This document shows, piece after piece, positions 25,276-38,874 of a stretch of DNA of 64,000 nucleotides. Each line of letters opens with the position of its first letter. Position 1 is the first letter of the stretch. Origin of the DNA: Phoronis australis (lineage: Eukaryota > Animalia > Phoronida); NCBI GenBank assembly GCA_002633005.1, contig NMRA01000089.1, forward strand, positions 496,001-560,000, written 5' to 3'. The translations under genes were made by a program, and so were the position numbers. The notes under the pieces were generated by a model. That model worked only from the letters and a program-made list of their open reading frames with translations. It was not told the DNA's origin and made no database searches.

Positions 25276-26649
25276 GACTTTGCTGAAATAAGCGCCCAGT
25301 GCATGAACGTGTACATGCGAACAATGACGTACCTACAGTCCTAAAACTCGGCTACAGTAACGTCTTCAATTTATCAAGAAAATTTTGCACAGGTCTTCTA
25401 GACCACCAGCGACACTGCTACGTTTGTATTTAGCCGTGACTATGGCACTTCAAAGTAACACAGTGCTTCTAAAAGAACTCAACAGCGTTGCTACTCTCGC
25501 GACGACCGTGTCCCACTATGGTCTGACCTTTCAGTACAGACACATCGACTGTCTCATGAATAACTCGGTGTTAAAGGCACGTGGCCAGGAAGCACGTGCT
25601 ACATATTTGAATCTGTCATCAAAGACATTTTGAGTCGGGAACTATCCATTCATGAAACGGGTAGCATAGCATCGGTAAGAAATTAATATTGGCACTAATT
25701 TCCGACAATTTCTAATACTATAAAACATGTTTGCGTTATTTTTGAGATGGATTGTTTGATTAACCATAATTGGGGTTTTTAAGCCGAATATCCGATAAAA
25801 TGACAACCGACAGTGAATGCTAACACACCCTTACACCGAAAAATAACTGTCAGATAGTTACTTACGCATCCAGCTACACGGAGACTAATATGGGCCTTAC
25901 CAAGACAAATGTCGAACGTTTTTAGCACATGAGACCGGCAAGTGCTGAATGAAACACGCTCTGGTTTAGGCCTACTGCTTGTGCAAATTTCATTTCTTTA
26001 GACACAATGCACGTCTAGCTCGTTAGATTGCGTGGCTCTGGCCAAAACACGGTCTCTGCTTTGGCAAATGAACTCTGGTGACACGCACGTGCTCACTTAC
26101 TCACAAATGCAGACGAACTTCAAAACAAACGTCACATGACAACAACATGTGTGTTCGTCCAGACATTTTTCTCACCGTGTTGCCAATCAAACATGTAGAT
26201 GGCACGATGTTGCACAGATTTGTACTTAAACCTGCCGTTAATCCAGACTCCACGGGAACTTAAAAAAATCTTAGGGACGCTACTTAGAAAACTTAATGAA
26301 GATTTCAGGTAATTTGCTTGAGTCGAAACTATTTTTATTCAAGCATTGAAGTCGCCATCAAGACGGCAATTTTCGCGGCAGTCAGTCGGCTAGTTTTCGC
26401 CCTGGGATTTCAGCACAATTTTCTGTAAAATGATCGTAATTTAGCAGCAAAGTTTGATAGCAATGCACCACAGTTTTGTTGAAAATCTTTCATAGATTGC
26501 AGATACGTCACAGAGAGTAAATTTGATGAATCTTAGCTTCTGATTTCACTTGTTTCGGAGACCGGGTTTCAACCGCCTTGGGTTATAATAAGCGCCCCCA
26601 TGAACCGAACTTTTCTAAGCGCCCTGGGCGGTTATTACGGCGAATACGG
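25276..26649. mobile_element. Right portion of a TA-flanked CCGTA...TACGG element (Tc1/mariner-pogo type), left end lost at N 25275
   Basis: Ends ...gggcggttattacggcgaatacgg|ta. Repeated taagcgccc motifs are shared with 62570-62760. Confidence 0.5.
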
Positions 26650-26915
26650 TAAGTTTAAGATGTAGTTACTTGGAAAATTTGGCAAACTTTGTAACATCGT
26701 ATCTCTGAAATGGCTAATCAGATTTATATGAAACTCTCAGACACCATGAAACCTTATGCACTGTTTTCCAAAAGTCTGTTAGGCATTGTTTTTAAAATTT
26801 TCCACTTTTGCATGAGGAGTTTTAAAAAATAGGAGGGGTATATTACCAAATTAAAGAGGCAATACTGGAACACAAACAACAAAATTATTCATCCAGAACT
26901 GATAAAATATCTCCA

Positions 26916-27300
26916 TCACTGCAGATATCTCTCTAGTGACACGTTTGTTGATGAGTCAATTTTACAATGTTTGTTGATAGAATTTTGTAATTGCCTTAAA
27001 TCATGAATTTCCTGTTTTATATATTTATAAAAGAACATCCTGGTTGAGCAGAATGTTATGTTATACAGTAAATTCTTTCTGAGAAGAGTCAAAAAATGCA
27101 AACAATGCTTCTTTGGATGTAGCTCAATGGGATAAGGAATCAATAATGACATCACTATCTCACATTCCCAGAAAATATGAGTATCTTTACATCGTCTGAT
27201 GCAGTTATTAATTTTTTCTCCGCTCCATATTCTCATCATTCACATTTAAATACAGACTCTATTTAATTTCTGAACAGGGTCGAATGTATGCGTTAATGAC
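26916..27300 (-). pseudogene. Decayed 3' end of L1/Tx1-like LINE ORF2 (zinc-knuckle remnant)
   Basis: ORF track gives C..RC..THIFWEC..V, resembling the C-x2-C...H-[LI]-F-W-x-C motif of L1/Tx1 ORF2. Confidence 0.35.
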
Positions 27301-30300
27301 AAAAATCTCATTAACCCCGTTTCGTGTCTTTTTTAGTAAGGCTTCATAGATATGGGTTATTATTGGTAGTCCAAGTATAATTTGCTGATTATATCAAAAC
27401 TGGGCTTCAAGCCTTATCATTTGGAAATTGATTGAGTAATGACAATGATAACTTCACGGAATAACATGAACAGATATGCAGACTGTTGTTCTCCCTGCCT
27501 GTAGCCACAGCTAATTCGGGAGGAAAAAATCAGAAAAAATGCCAGATTGTGTAATGCAAAGCTTTGAATCTTCTAACCATATTTCAATCCACCTTCTAAA
27601 ATATTTGTTCCGAAGTTAAAGTGGCTAATTCGTTTGAACCTCCAAGAGACTAAATCAAATGCCTTAGTTTTCAAAATCACTCAGCAGCAATGATCCAGGG
27701 TTGTTCCAGTAGCATAGTGCATTATATTGTAGTGTGACTGTATTTTCCCTAGGATAAAATGTGTGGCAGTTCTTGTGAATTACTTCACTTAAATCTCTTT
27801 CATTTTGGGCTTGGAAGGGGCTTAGCTCATTGGAAGGGGTAACAAGTCTGCGTTGTGGCTTACATTTTTGCAAATGGTTTTTATAATAGGTGTCATTACA
27901 CACAATAATAACTAGCAGTGATGTGTTTATTACCAAGGACTATACATTTACTTAAGTGAGATTTAATTATTTTTCGTTAATATGGTAAAAATTCTCTAGT
28001 TTGGCAGTCTCTAAAAGTCGGGACACAGGAATTCAAACAGAAATTGTATTTCCTTGATTCTCAAGATTCGGACACGGTATGTTTTGGTGTTCATCGTATT
28101 AATTTAATTTCGGATTTTGGGTTTTGTACCGCTTACGTCCTATAAGTGAGTACGGTAATATTGAGGTGGTTTATGACTATTCGTTGTTGATAGTAATCCT
28201 TGAACTTAGTAGGGGGAATATTACACATTTCTAAAATTTGGTACATTAAAGTTCTAACTTAGAGCAACAATACGTAATTTTACAGTGTCCCAATTACTGA
28301 AGAATTTACACCCTGGTTGTGTGGAGCGTAAGAATTTCCGACTTATTTATGAAGCAGATCCTTGGTGCACTTAAAAGCTTATTATGGACCATGTATTCAT
28401 TTAAACTATCATTAGTCCTTCTTTGCAGTATTTCACACCCGGCCGTGTCTCAGTGTGTGTGTCATCAGCTTATACTCTGTGGTGGCATTACTGCGTCATT
28501 TTATCTTCACTTGAGAATGAAACAAGTATGTTTCGAAATATCGCGTGTCTTTTAATTATGTCGCTAGGTCAGTTACTGTATCTATGTTCAGTTGAGAGTA
28601 GAGTTTTGTTCCGAAAGTAGGAACGTAACAGAATAAAGACTGTGAACAATGAAAAGTGTCGCGCATTTAACAAATTCTGTATAACCGAAAACTATCATTA
28701 GTATACTCTGTTTTTAGAGAGTTCTTTCAAAAGGAAAGAGCCTTTATTATTTATATTACAATGCTATATTATAGTGATAATGACTGCAGTAGAATATCTC
28801 CACTTAAGCTTTCAAACATAAATGCAGTCATGCCTGAGCAGAGTTTACGCTGAGATGCTAGTAACTGTTAAATATTAATAACTGGAAACATTTCTTAGGA
28901 GCCATCCATTTTACAGATGCACTGTCCTTGGTTTATTGCCATGTCTCGGCAAAAATCGTTATGGTATTTTGCACTTTGATACGGTGTCTGGGAAGGGACA
29001 TAAGAATTTATTTTTCCTAACTTGAGTGCTCAACTCATAAGACAGAACTATGTAGGGATCCTTCAAATCTCAGTTTCTATGTGACAAGAATGACTGTGTA
29101 GAGTTCGTGTTGTTTACTTGTAGACAAAAGTGGCTTCACAATAGCTAGTGACGCTGATGAGGCTAAACATTGCTAACTAGCCTTCAGAAGCACGTTTTAT
29201 ACACTCATGGCATAAAAACGACTTATCAAGTGTTAAAAAACATGACTTTGAATGAACCTAATAGCCAAGTTAGGCTTCAGTGTTTTTTGTACAACTCTTA
29301 CTAGTACAAGTAGGATTTGCTTTCTATCAATGGTGATGAACTGTCTGTATTTTCCATGTTTTGTGCTGTGGCTTGGGGAAAATGAGTTTTTTGCAAATTC
29401 AAAAAGTTTGGGTGTATTATTGTGCTTAAGTGGCTCACCAATTAAGATGTCCTTAAGTCTCATACGCCACCACCATTGTTTTGGTTCATTGCTTGAGTTT
29501 GCTTTCCTTATTATACTCAGTGTCCAAAAATGTACCCATACTTCAACACAACGCTGGTGCTTTCAATTCTGTTCCCTCCGGTCGTTGACAATTTTACATT
29601 CGGTCCTCCTATTGAATACTTACTGGCTACGCGAGAGCTAATAATTTTATAAACAATACTTTTATTATTGTTTGAAGTGAGTACATTCTGGGACATACTG
29701 TAACGCTGTCAATCACATAGAAACATAAGAATTGTTAAATTGCTGAAACTGAAAGGTTCACTATTCATAAGTCAGATGCTTGACTTATCAGTATACTTAA
29801 GTTGAGTTCTCGAGTTAATAAAATAAATTCTAATGTCCTTTCCTAGCCACCGTATAAGTTTGCACTCAACTTCAAAATGGGATGGTCGAGTTCGGAAAAA
29901 AAGGAATTGTGTCCTTTTCTGGCCACCGTACTTTGAAACATTACTTTCTAGTGAACCATCATCCTGTGCACCCCCATAGCAATAATACAACGGTCCGATG
30001 TTTTTTGTATGGATACACTAGCCGTTCACCCCTGTTGACTATATGCTGTGGTCTGATGTTTTATTTTGCCTGAGTGGACTGTCAATAATCAACTGTTCAT
30101 TCGCCTTGCACAAGACAAAATATGGGAGACCAGCATTTAAGTGTGCGAAAGTTTTCATTTCATCGTAAAGGTAGCAAAAAGGATAAAGAGCACAAACAGC
30201 TCATTGATTTGGATCAAATTACATATCTCAGGTAAATGCAGTGTGCATTGTTTTCTGAAGCTGTTTTGTATATATCAACCATTAAATCAATACCCAATAC

Positions 30301-31030
30301 ATTGGGTTTTTAATCAACATAAACGGAACTGCTTTAAACTCCTATTTTCTGATTTAGTAATGACTTTCCGAGATTGGTACGTTGCTTTTGTGGGTGTTAT
30401 TGTATAGGTTTTAACAACTGTTTTAGTTTGCAAACTCATCTCCATGGAACCCGAGGTGCTACGTCTCACTTCTTAGCTGTCAACATTGAACACTTCCTAG
30501 TTTTTGGGATTTGAATTGTCTGTCACCACAGCTCCTGGACTTTAATGACTGGGTACTTTTGTTTAGGAATTAGCATAGATTGATGTGTGCTTGTGTGTGC
30601 TTTGTACAGTTACGCAAAAAATTACACAAAATGCAGGTCGTTTTTGGTTCTGCGGTATATCATCGGAAGTTGAGGGTTGTTGATCTCTGACAAAATTCCA
30701 TCCTCTTGGACTTTGTAGATTAAAAGGGAAGCCCCTATATATTGCAACTACTGTCCCTTTATTCAAACTGGATAGTCTTCCCTCTTTAGGCTTGCTGAGC
30801 CATAATTATAGGCTGACTTGGCTTGCCTACTTAAACTCACAATAGAGGGCTTAACTGGCTGACCTTATACCCCCAAAGAATCCTTCCAGTTTTCCACAGG
30901 AGAGCACCTCTGCATGCATTGATTTTTGTAAATCTAAGAACCCATGCGTCTGTAATTTACTAAATGAACATTTCGTACAACATTTCCAAGTTGTAGCCAA
31001 TTTCTGCCAAGTGTATTATTACATGACTTC

Positions 31031-31468
31031 AGCCACTTTCACACAGAGACAGTTGTCACCATGTTAGTTGTCACGGCACGACTTGCTCCACTTAAGTTGC
31101 ATTTACATGACATTAGATCGCAAAGTGGATCAGTATGAATCTCTTACACGAAGACTGTCTGCACATGCTCGCATAAACAATAGCGAACGTTCAAATAACG
31201 TGGAATGCCAGCAGATCACCTGTATGTACGCTATTGTGCAAGCGCATTGGAAGATGATCCCTTTCAGCCCTGCCCCAGTTGTGCTGAGACGTGTAGTTGA
31301 AATTGAACTGATCCAAGTGCAACCCGCTCTACTTCTCAAACTAGTGTAAAAAATGGCTGCCGCGGTGTCAACTGCTCTATATCAGTCGTGTTTACACACA
31401 CATTTGCAACCGATCATCTGTTCCGTGTTAGTCGCTTCGTGTCAGCTGTCACTCGTGTAAATACCGCT
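31031..31468. mobile_element. MITE (Harbinger-like termini)
   Basis: Imperfect inverted ends agccactttcacacagag / ctcgtgtaaataccgct; second partial copy at 247-508. Confidence 0.55.
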
Positions 31469-32732
31469 TTAGGGACTACTGGTATGGTAGTTTAGATATG
31501 ATCAATGGGCAACGAGGACCTCCAGTGGTCATCTCTGAAACTAATAAAGAGAGTATACCACAATAGTGGTGTATTATCTCCTTTATGTTACAAATGGTGT
31601 TGTCACATTTATTTTGGCTCAGTTGGATGTTGGCTCCAAAAAGGGTTGCTTACAACTTGAAAGTACGTTGACTAATAATTAAAACCAATTTACTTACACA
31701 TACTATACAATATCTTTCTGTGTCTATGGTACTGTCAACTGCTAGTTTGACTAACAAATGCTGCTAGAAATCAGTGGGGCCCATCAGAGAAAGAATTAAT
31801 TAAGACCTGAACATTACCGCTATAAAACTAGGGCAATGGTGGGATATAACGTGTCCGTATTTTGAGAACCAGTTTGATGCCCGTTATTCAGTGGAGAAAA
31901 CTGGTTCTCAAAATTTGGGCGCGATCCGACCATTACCCACAACTAGTCCCAATAATGGTACTTTCTTACTCAGATGAGACCTGGTTTCTAGGCTTGGAAA
32001 GAACTGTCAGTTTGTTATTGCTGGAGACCATAACAGCTGGATAAAGTTAGCTATCCCAGTCAATTTTAAATGTTGAGGAGTGGTCTCAACTTAGCAGCAC
32101 TAACAAACTGTCAGTTGTTTCCAAACCATGAATAAAGAAACACCACATAAATCCAAGTTAATTCAAATTAATAGTAGATATATACGTGAAAAGAAGAAAA
32201 ATTGATACGTGGTGTCTTCAGGTTTCACTCTATTGTATGACTTGTAACTTTTACAAAGTTCATAAATGTCTTTTAACCACTGACTGGGAAGCACTAGCTA
32301 GTAGAGGTAAAAGCACTTAGTGATACAACCATAAATAAATGCCCAAAAGAATGTGAATACTCTAGCAAAATATCAGTACCTAAGGTTTCAAAGGTAATTA
32401 TTGATTAGTAACACTAGTTTTTGACAACTGTAATTTGCAAAAACTCAATAAACAATCTCTGAGGTCATAGCAAATACACAGAAAATTAGTGACTGGAATG
32501 ACCCTCACTAGTTGCTATATATCCTAGCTGCGAAAATAAACACGCAAGTACCTCATTGATGGCCGCTTTCAAAACTACGTAAATAAAAGCATATTCAATG
32601 AAAATTGCTGCAACTTTTTTTTGGCCATGTAATTTAGATAAGCAATTTTCAGTGAATTTTATGCTCTTGTACAATACTTGTTCTATAATACTTGTTCAGG
32701 TTAATGCTTTCAGTTGGCTAAACCCCCTAATT

Positions 32733-33645
32733 ATGCGCCCACATGTATAGATGTATGTGGACACATTGTGTTGTCATCGCTGTTCTCCTGGTTTCTGGCA
32801 TCCACTGTTTGGTGCTATTTCTTTACAACCCCCGTGGATTTTTTTTTCAAATTTAGTAGATATGTTCATGTCGTGAATGGGATGGCACGAGCCAATTTTC
32901 GGATGGATTCATATGTGAGTACTAAACTGTGATGCATTTTCGTGAAATTTAGCAAATAGTTTTCTGTTATGGAGACCATGACACCTCATTTTCAGTTGGA
33001 TTTTAAGTAATCTGTGCCTCCTTGCAGTCAGGTCGTTTTGCGTTTGTTTTTGGGGTCCTCCCCTCACTCTCTCTGCACATATGTGTTTCTGTTGAGATAA
33101 GCTTGGCTGACATTGATTTTAAGATGTGTTGAACTACTGTGGCTCCCCTTAGTGCCAATTTTTACTTTTCTTTGTGTATGCCTCTATATCTATCAAGTTC
33201 CTCTTTTGATGTTCATGAACTTTGGCATATAGATTTTATTAATGAGATGACGGGTCCAGCTACTAAGGCATCTACTTCCAGATTTTTTTGCGTATGTCTC
33301 AATATCTATGAAGCTCTTTGATGGATCTTCATTGCGTTTGCTTCATTTGTTCCATTTGAGCATAGCTTGCCTGCCATTGATTTTGGGACATGTTTGACTA
33401 TTGTGGTGCCCTCTAGTGGAAATTTAGGATTTCTTTGTGTATGGCTCTATTTCTACATAGTTACGCAATGGGTGTTCACGAAATTGGGCAAATAAGTTTA
33501 TATCAAAGAGTCGTGGCTTGTTTCTATGCCCTCTAGTGGCCTTTTACATATTTACATGAGACTAATGATCAGCCTAATTAATAAACCCTTTGGGGTGCTG
33601 TCATGGGCACATTTTTTGTTCATTTGACCAAATTGTCCTTGTACG
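32733..33645 (+). mobile_element. HINE/DINE-1-like element, diverged copy
   Basis: 5' atgcgcccacat...atgtggacacat; gggatggcacgag..ttttcggatggat; tgccctctagtgg units; 3' atgggcacat. Confidence 0.7.
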
Positions 33646-34449
33646 GTGTTGGATTTTATGGTGTACTTATCTAGATATGCCATTCTCTTATGTTTTCTTA
33701 TCGCTTTATTTCATTTTTTAAGTTATCTATTTTATGTTTTTGTTATGCTATAACAGTGTTGTGCATTTTTCTCTTTTATGTCAAGCTCTTAGAAAATCAT
33801 GGTCCATCTCGCATTCTATTTTGAATTTTCCTCATTTCACCATCCTTTGCTTCTCTTGTCTCTATGATAAGGAGCAACTTTGCAATCAACCATAGATGAT
33901 GTTGTCATTCTTCAATTAAATGTTGATTCTCTTGCAGAAGCTTAAAAGTTGTTTAGCTTGTGTGATCGTACTGAGTTCTCCTCTAGCCTCTCTTATCCCC
34001 GATTTTGGTCGCCACTTTCACCTTTTCTGTGCTATATCTGGATTCCAGCTGATTCTTACATGCTTGTTTCACTGTCTTCAGTACTTGATTGTCTTTACAA
34101 TAGCTGGCTTGGTCATGAATAAGTATCCAGTAGCTGGGTTTGTAACTCGTCATTCCTCTTAGTGGAAAATATTATGTGGAGAAATTAAATATATGCGCTG
34201 TTCACGATACGAAAGTTGACAGGGTCCAGCAGGTTAGGGGGCCGTGGCAGAGTATTAGCCATGATTTTGCCCGTCAGGCATTTGAACCCCAAACTGCCAA
34301 ATGAAATCTGAGAAAATTTTAGGAGGGGCCATGGCCCCCTTTGCCCCCCTTAAATCCGCCACTGATCATGAGAAATTAACTCCTTCACTAATATTTGGGA
34401 TTTTGTTACCGCAACGCCTAAGCGAACCTAAGTCAAACTTGACTTACCC

Positions 34450-34830
34450 GTCCTAATCAATGCATAAATTAATGCTCGAGGGATTAGCCGCGATGCTGAA
34501 GAAAACCTATTCACTAATTTCTTTTATAATACGTGGAATTTAAAAATTCAAAGACGACTACTATTTATTTTCTCAATGTAAACAACTGTGCTTGCCTTCG
34601 TATTCTTCACTATTTGACTCATCCGCTAATCAGGCGTGTTGTTTTACGACGGGAATTATCTCATCCAACACGTTCAGCCAAACCCATGAATAGTGATTAG
34701 CCTCACTTCAGTCCATGACGATGCCATCGAGCCTTCCATGTGCCAAGGAATTCGCTGGATACTCTGAAGTAAACAGTGCAGCAGCTGAATTTCTTGCCCA
34801 CTTGTCTGTAAATCCTGTTAGCGTAATATT
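34450..34830 (+). repeat. Interspersed repeat, second copy at 56595-56940
   Basis: aaattaatgctcg..ttag..gcgatgctgaagaaaac...ggaattcgctggatactctg...aaatcctgttagcgtaa present at both sites. Confidence 0.8.
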
Positions 34831-37824
34831 TGTTTAATGTCAAAAGGCCAAAACTGGATGTTTTTGATTCAGGACAAAAGTAACGTTGGTTTTAATCACA
34901 TTTCTAAAAAATATGACACTGCAACTTTTATCAAGAAGGGTCTGAAAAAAAACTTCGCAGTTTGTAAAATATCCACCAACATAACTTTTTCATATATCCC
35001 CGTCAGTGTGTAACATTGAGACGTCATTTGTAACTTTGAGCATGTGCAAAATTCTTGCCTACATCTTCTGCTTTGCCACCATTTCTAAGTTGTGTCACTT
35101 TACACCGATCTTCGTGATTGCGCGTTGTCAGTTTGCACAAAGTTACAGTTAACCTCTAAACAGGGTTATACATGTGCTGGGGTAGTAGACATTACGTGTT
35201 TGGGATTACAGTGTTTGCGTGGTTTCGCTTTGGATTTGATAGACTGAGAGCACTGATTTGTATGTTGTTGTGGTATGGACGGTCCAGATGAATGAAGTCA
35301 TGGTTCTGTAATGAGCGATTATCAGCTGGTTAGCATTTTGCGAGATGAGTCCTAAGCCAATCAGGAAGCTTTAATTTATTGATTTAAAAGCCAATTTTAG
35401 ACAGTAAGACCTAGTAGGTGCTGTACCTTGCCTTGCTATTTGTGTTGAGATTAAGCAGGAGAGAAGCCGGGTGTCAAAATTTTTTGAATGGTCGCATAAA
35501 TGGAGCTGTATCTTTGTTATGTTTTTTTGTGATATGGAATTTGGGGAGAATCGAATGGGAACTGATTTGGCATTGTATAATATGTGTGAGTCCCCTGTAG
35601 ACGGTGTCGCATTGGAAGCATTTTTTTTTTGGCCAACAGTGACCATTTTCAGGCATTTCATTGATATTTAGATGCGTTAAGTTGTTTTTTTAATACAACA
35701 TGACCCTAGCTTTTCACATTTTGACAATTTTTTTTTGTCTTGTTATGAATTACCTGGCCATATGTTTTGTGGTTTTTGTAGCGCGCAACATAAAGAAAAA
35801 ATACTCCTAAGTGTTGAAATGTTTACACACGCTGGATTTAGATTTTCCCATGCTCAGTTCTCCATGTCGTGCGTGTCGGTGCGTGCATGTCAGTGCGGTA
35901 TGTTTGCTTCGACAATCATCTCATGGATTCTTAATGACATGTACAACCAGAATGTTGAGGCTCTACAAATGTTTTTACGCGCATAAAATCAATCGTGCTG
36001 AAGTATGGCAAATGCGCATAAAATTTAACTTCTTACTCCCATTGTTACTGTTCAGTGCTCACAGCACTTCACCGCATGTTGTGTTTGGACGATCAATTGG
36101 CACTATTTGATTGGCTGATACTTGGAATATCACTCGCATGTAAGAAACAGTCACTTTTAGCCAATCATGAATCAGATCATTCCTGTTACACATGATACAC
36201 TCCTCTATTTTTATATTTTAGTGCATTCTTTGGTGGTTTTAAGATCATTCTGATGAGGGATGGTGTACGCAAGCTAAGTCCCCAATTGTGTTGGTCAGGA
36301 AGGCGGCACACTAGAGGTTGTGATAAGTCAACAAAGGAGCAGCACTTGTCATGCATGTTATTTCTGCTGTTCTCTTGCTGTTATCCGATTTTTGCTATTC
36401 AAACAATGAAAAGGTTCAATTTTCAATGACGGATTTAATTTTTGCAGTCCGTAGTGTTCAAAATGGGTGGAAAAGAATGTTGCCCCAAAAGGCATCTGTG
36501 TTCCCTAATCTGCGAACAAAAAAATCCCATCATAAAAATACAGGCGCTAACAGTGATAAATGCCTATTGTAATCCCAACTGAAGCATTAACAGATGCTGG
36601 TTGGGAAATGAGATGTAGCGCCAAATGTTATGTTTTAACACTGCCTTGTTTAAATCACCTAAGCTAGAATGCACTGAACATTTGCCTGCATGTATTGTCA
36701 AGTGCACGCAATATTGCGAAAAATTCATTATGTACAGTTTTAGTTGTGCTATATCAACTAGGTCATGTATTCTGAGAATGCCTTTCCTTGGAATAAAAAT
36801 GGAATTCTGAGTTCATGCAAGCTGTGTCAGGATTGTGCAAGTGGTCTTTCTTGTGAATATTTGTTGGAAAATTCATCATTGATTAAAAAACTGCTCGTTT
36901 CACTCAACTTTCTCTCCGTTTGAAAGCTTATGAACCTCTGCTTAACTTCAGGTCATTGTTGGTTAATCGAGTCATCCTAAAGTTCTAAGCTGACACATAC
37001 CTTATTTTGAGAACAAGTGCAACTGAGAAATGTTAGCCAATCAGAGTGGAGGAGGTGTTTACATATTTTTGAAGTGTACAAACTCAAAGATTTAAGTTTT
37101 ATGATGAATGAAATGAATGGAAGCTGCCATAGGGATGACTGCCAAGATGGTACTGACTATCCACACAACCTCAAGGTTTGACCGGATTGACTAAAAAGTT
37201 TTATTCTAGAATATGGTTTGGGTGGAAATTTGTTGCATAAGCTTAACTTTATGTAGGCACATGATCACGTCGTACACCAGCTGATGAATATTGTAGCGAA
37301 TGAGCGTAATTATAAAACCTGAATTTGCTTTGGTGTGTACCTGCATTGCTGTGCATAATATGGAGCTCTTAATAGGAAACAAAAGTTGTTTCTTTGGACG
37401 AGATGTGGGAAAATTGCATTGCATCTAAGTCATGTTTTTCTTTCTTCTATTACCGCGGTAACTACTAAGGAAGCAGTTATCATTAAAAGGGAGAAATAAT
37501 TACATTAATTACTACAAAGTAATTACAGATTACTTCCTAAGCCAAAATAACACATGAAGCATTGACTTCCCACGCACTTAGTCATATGATTATTTTCAGT
37601 TTGAAACTGACTTCGTGTTGATACAGCCAATAACGCTCTCTTGAGTAAGAAGAACGAGAGGGCGACTTCCGATTGATGCAGACTCAGATTCGTTGAACAG
37701 AAATTCCCTACTGCATAGTGGTTCATTAATTTTAAGAAGAGCAATATATCCCACTGTCAACCCCTCCCATTGGTTGGTTAGGTTATTAAGTTCACTAACA
37801 TATTTTAGCTTTTGTGACATTTTT

Positions 37825-38874
37825 ATGCGCCCACATATTTATATGTGGACGCATTATGCCGTCATCTCCGTCCGTCCGTACGGGCGGCGTCCGTCCGGCC
37901 TCCGCTGCTCTATCTCCAAAACCCTTTGACATATGTTCATGAAATTTGGCACATATGTTCCATTCATGAATGGGACGGCATGTGCGAACTTTCGGACAGA
38001 TCCGAGTAACGGTGTGCCCCCTAGTGGCAATTTTAGTTTTTTACGCTTACCTTTGTATCTTCAAAAGTCCTGAACGGATTTTCATGAAATTTGGTACGTA
38101 GGCACTTAGTGAGATGACGCCATCCTCCCGTTTTCAGATGGATTCGAAATAGTTTGCGCCACCTAGTGGCCATTTTTAGTGTTTTCGAGTGTGTTTTTGT
38201 GCGTCAACCCCTCTATCAACCAAACCGCTCAAAGGATGATTGTGAAAATTGGCATGTATATGCTTACTATGTAGAGGACGGTTGACGATGATTTTCCGAT
38301 GATTTTGACTACTGTGGCGCCTCCTAGTGGCAGTTTTTTTTGCGCCCATGGCTGTATATCCCAAACCGTTTGCAGGATCTTTACTAAATTTAGCAAGTGT
38401 ATTTATGTGATGTTGACAACGGACGATGACGACTTTAGGATGATTCTGACTACCGGTATGCCTCTAGTGGCAATTTAAATATTTCACATTGACCTCTGTA
38501 TTTTCATAGGTCTTCAGGTGTATACTTTGTGTTACTTCGTGACTATGAAGGAAAAGTTCCAAGTAGAAATTTGTTTCTGGCATTCTAATGCTGTGCTAAT
38601 CTCGTATGTTGGTAAATTTGTTTTTAATTCTATGTTTCTGTGGTGCTTTAAGCAACTGATGCATAGGATGTGCTTGTATTATGAAGATCACTCACATTTT
38701 GAAACCTAGCCTATTGAGGAGACAATGACCATGCCTTTCCATTTTGCAAAGTACAACATACTACATATATGCTCTCTACTGGCCACTTTATGGTACCAAT
38801 AAACAACCCTAGAAGGATACCGTATATACGGTGCAATTGTGGGCGCATTTCAACGCTCTGCGTTGCTCTTGTTT
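37825..38874 (+). mobile_element. HINE/DINE-1-like element, best-preserved termini
   Basis: ttttt|atgcgcccacatat-tt-atatgtggacgcat 5' hairpin; ccgtccgtccgt microsatellite; ~150-bp units; 3' gtgggcgcat, then caacgc-tct-gcgttg hairpin and ctcttgttt. Confidence 0.88.

Noticed and set aside
29155-29190. CTGATGAG hammerhead or snoRNA candidate
   Set aside because: Simple hairpin (aggcta/tagcct) lacking the GAAA core or a terminal D box.
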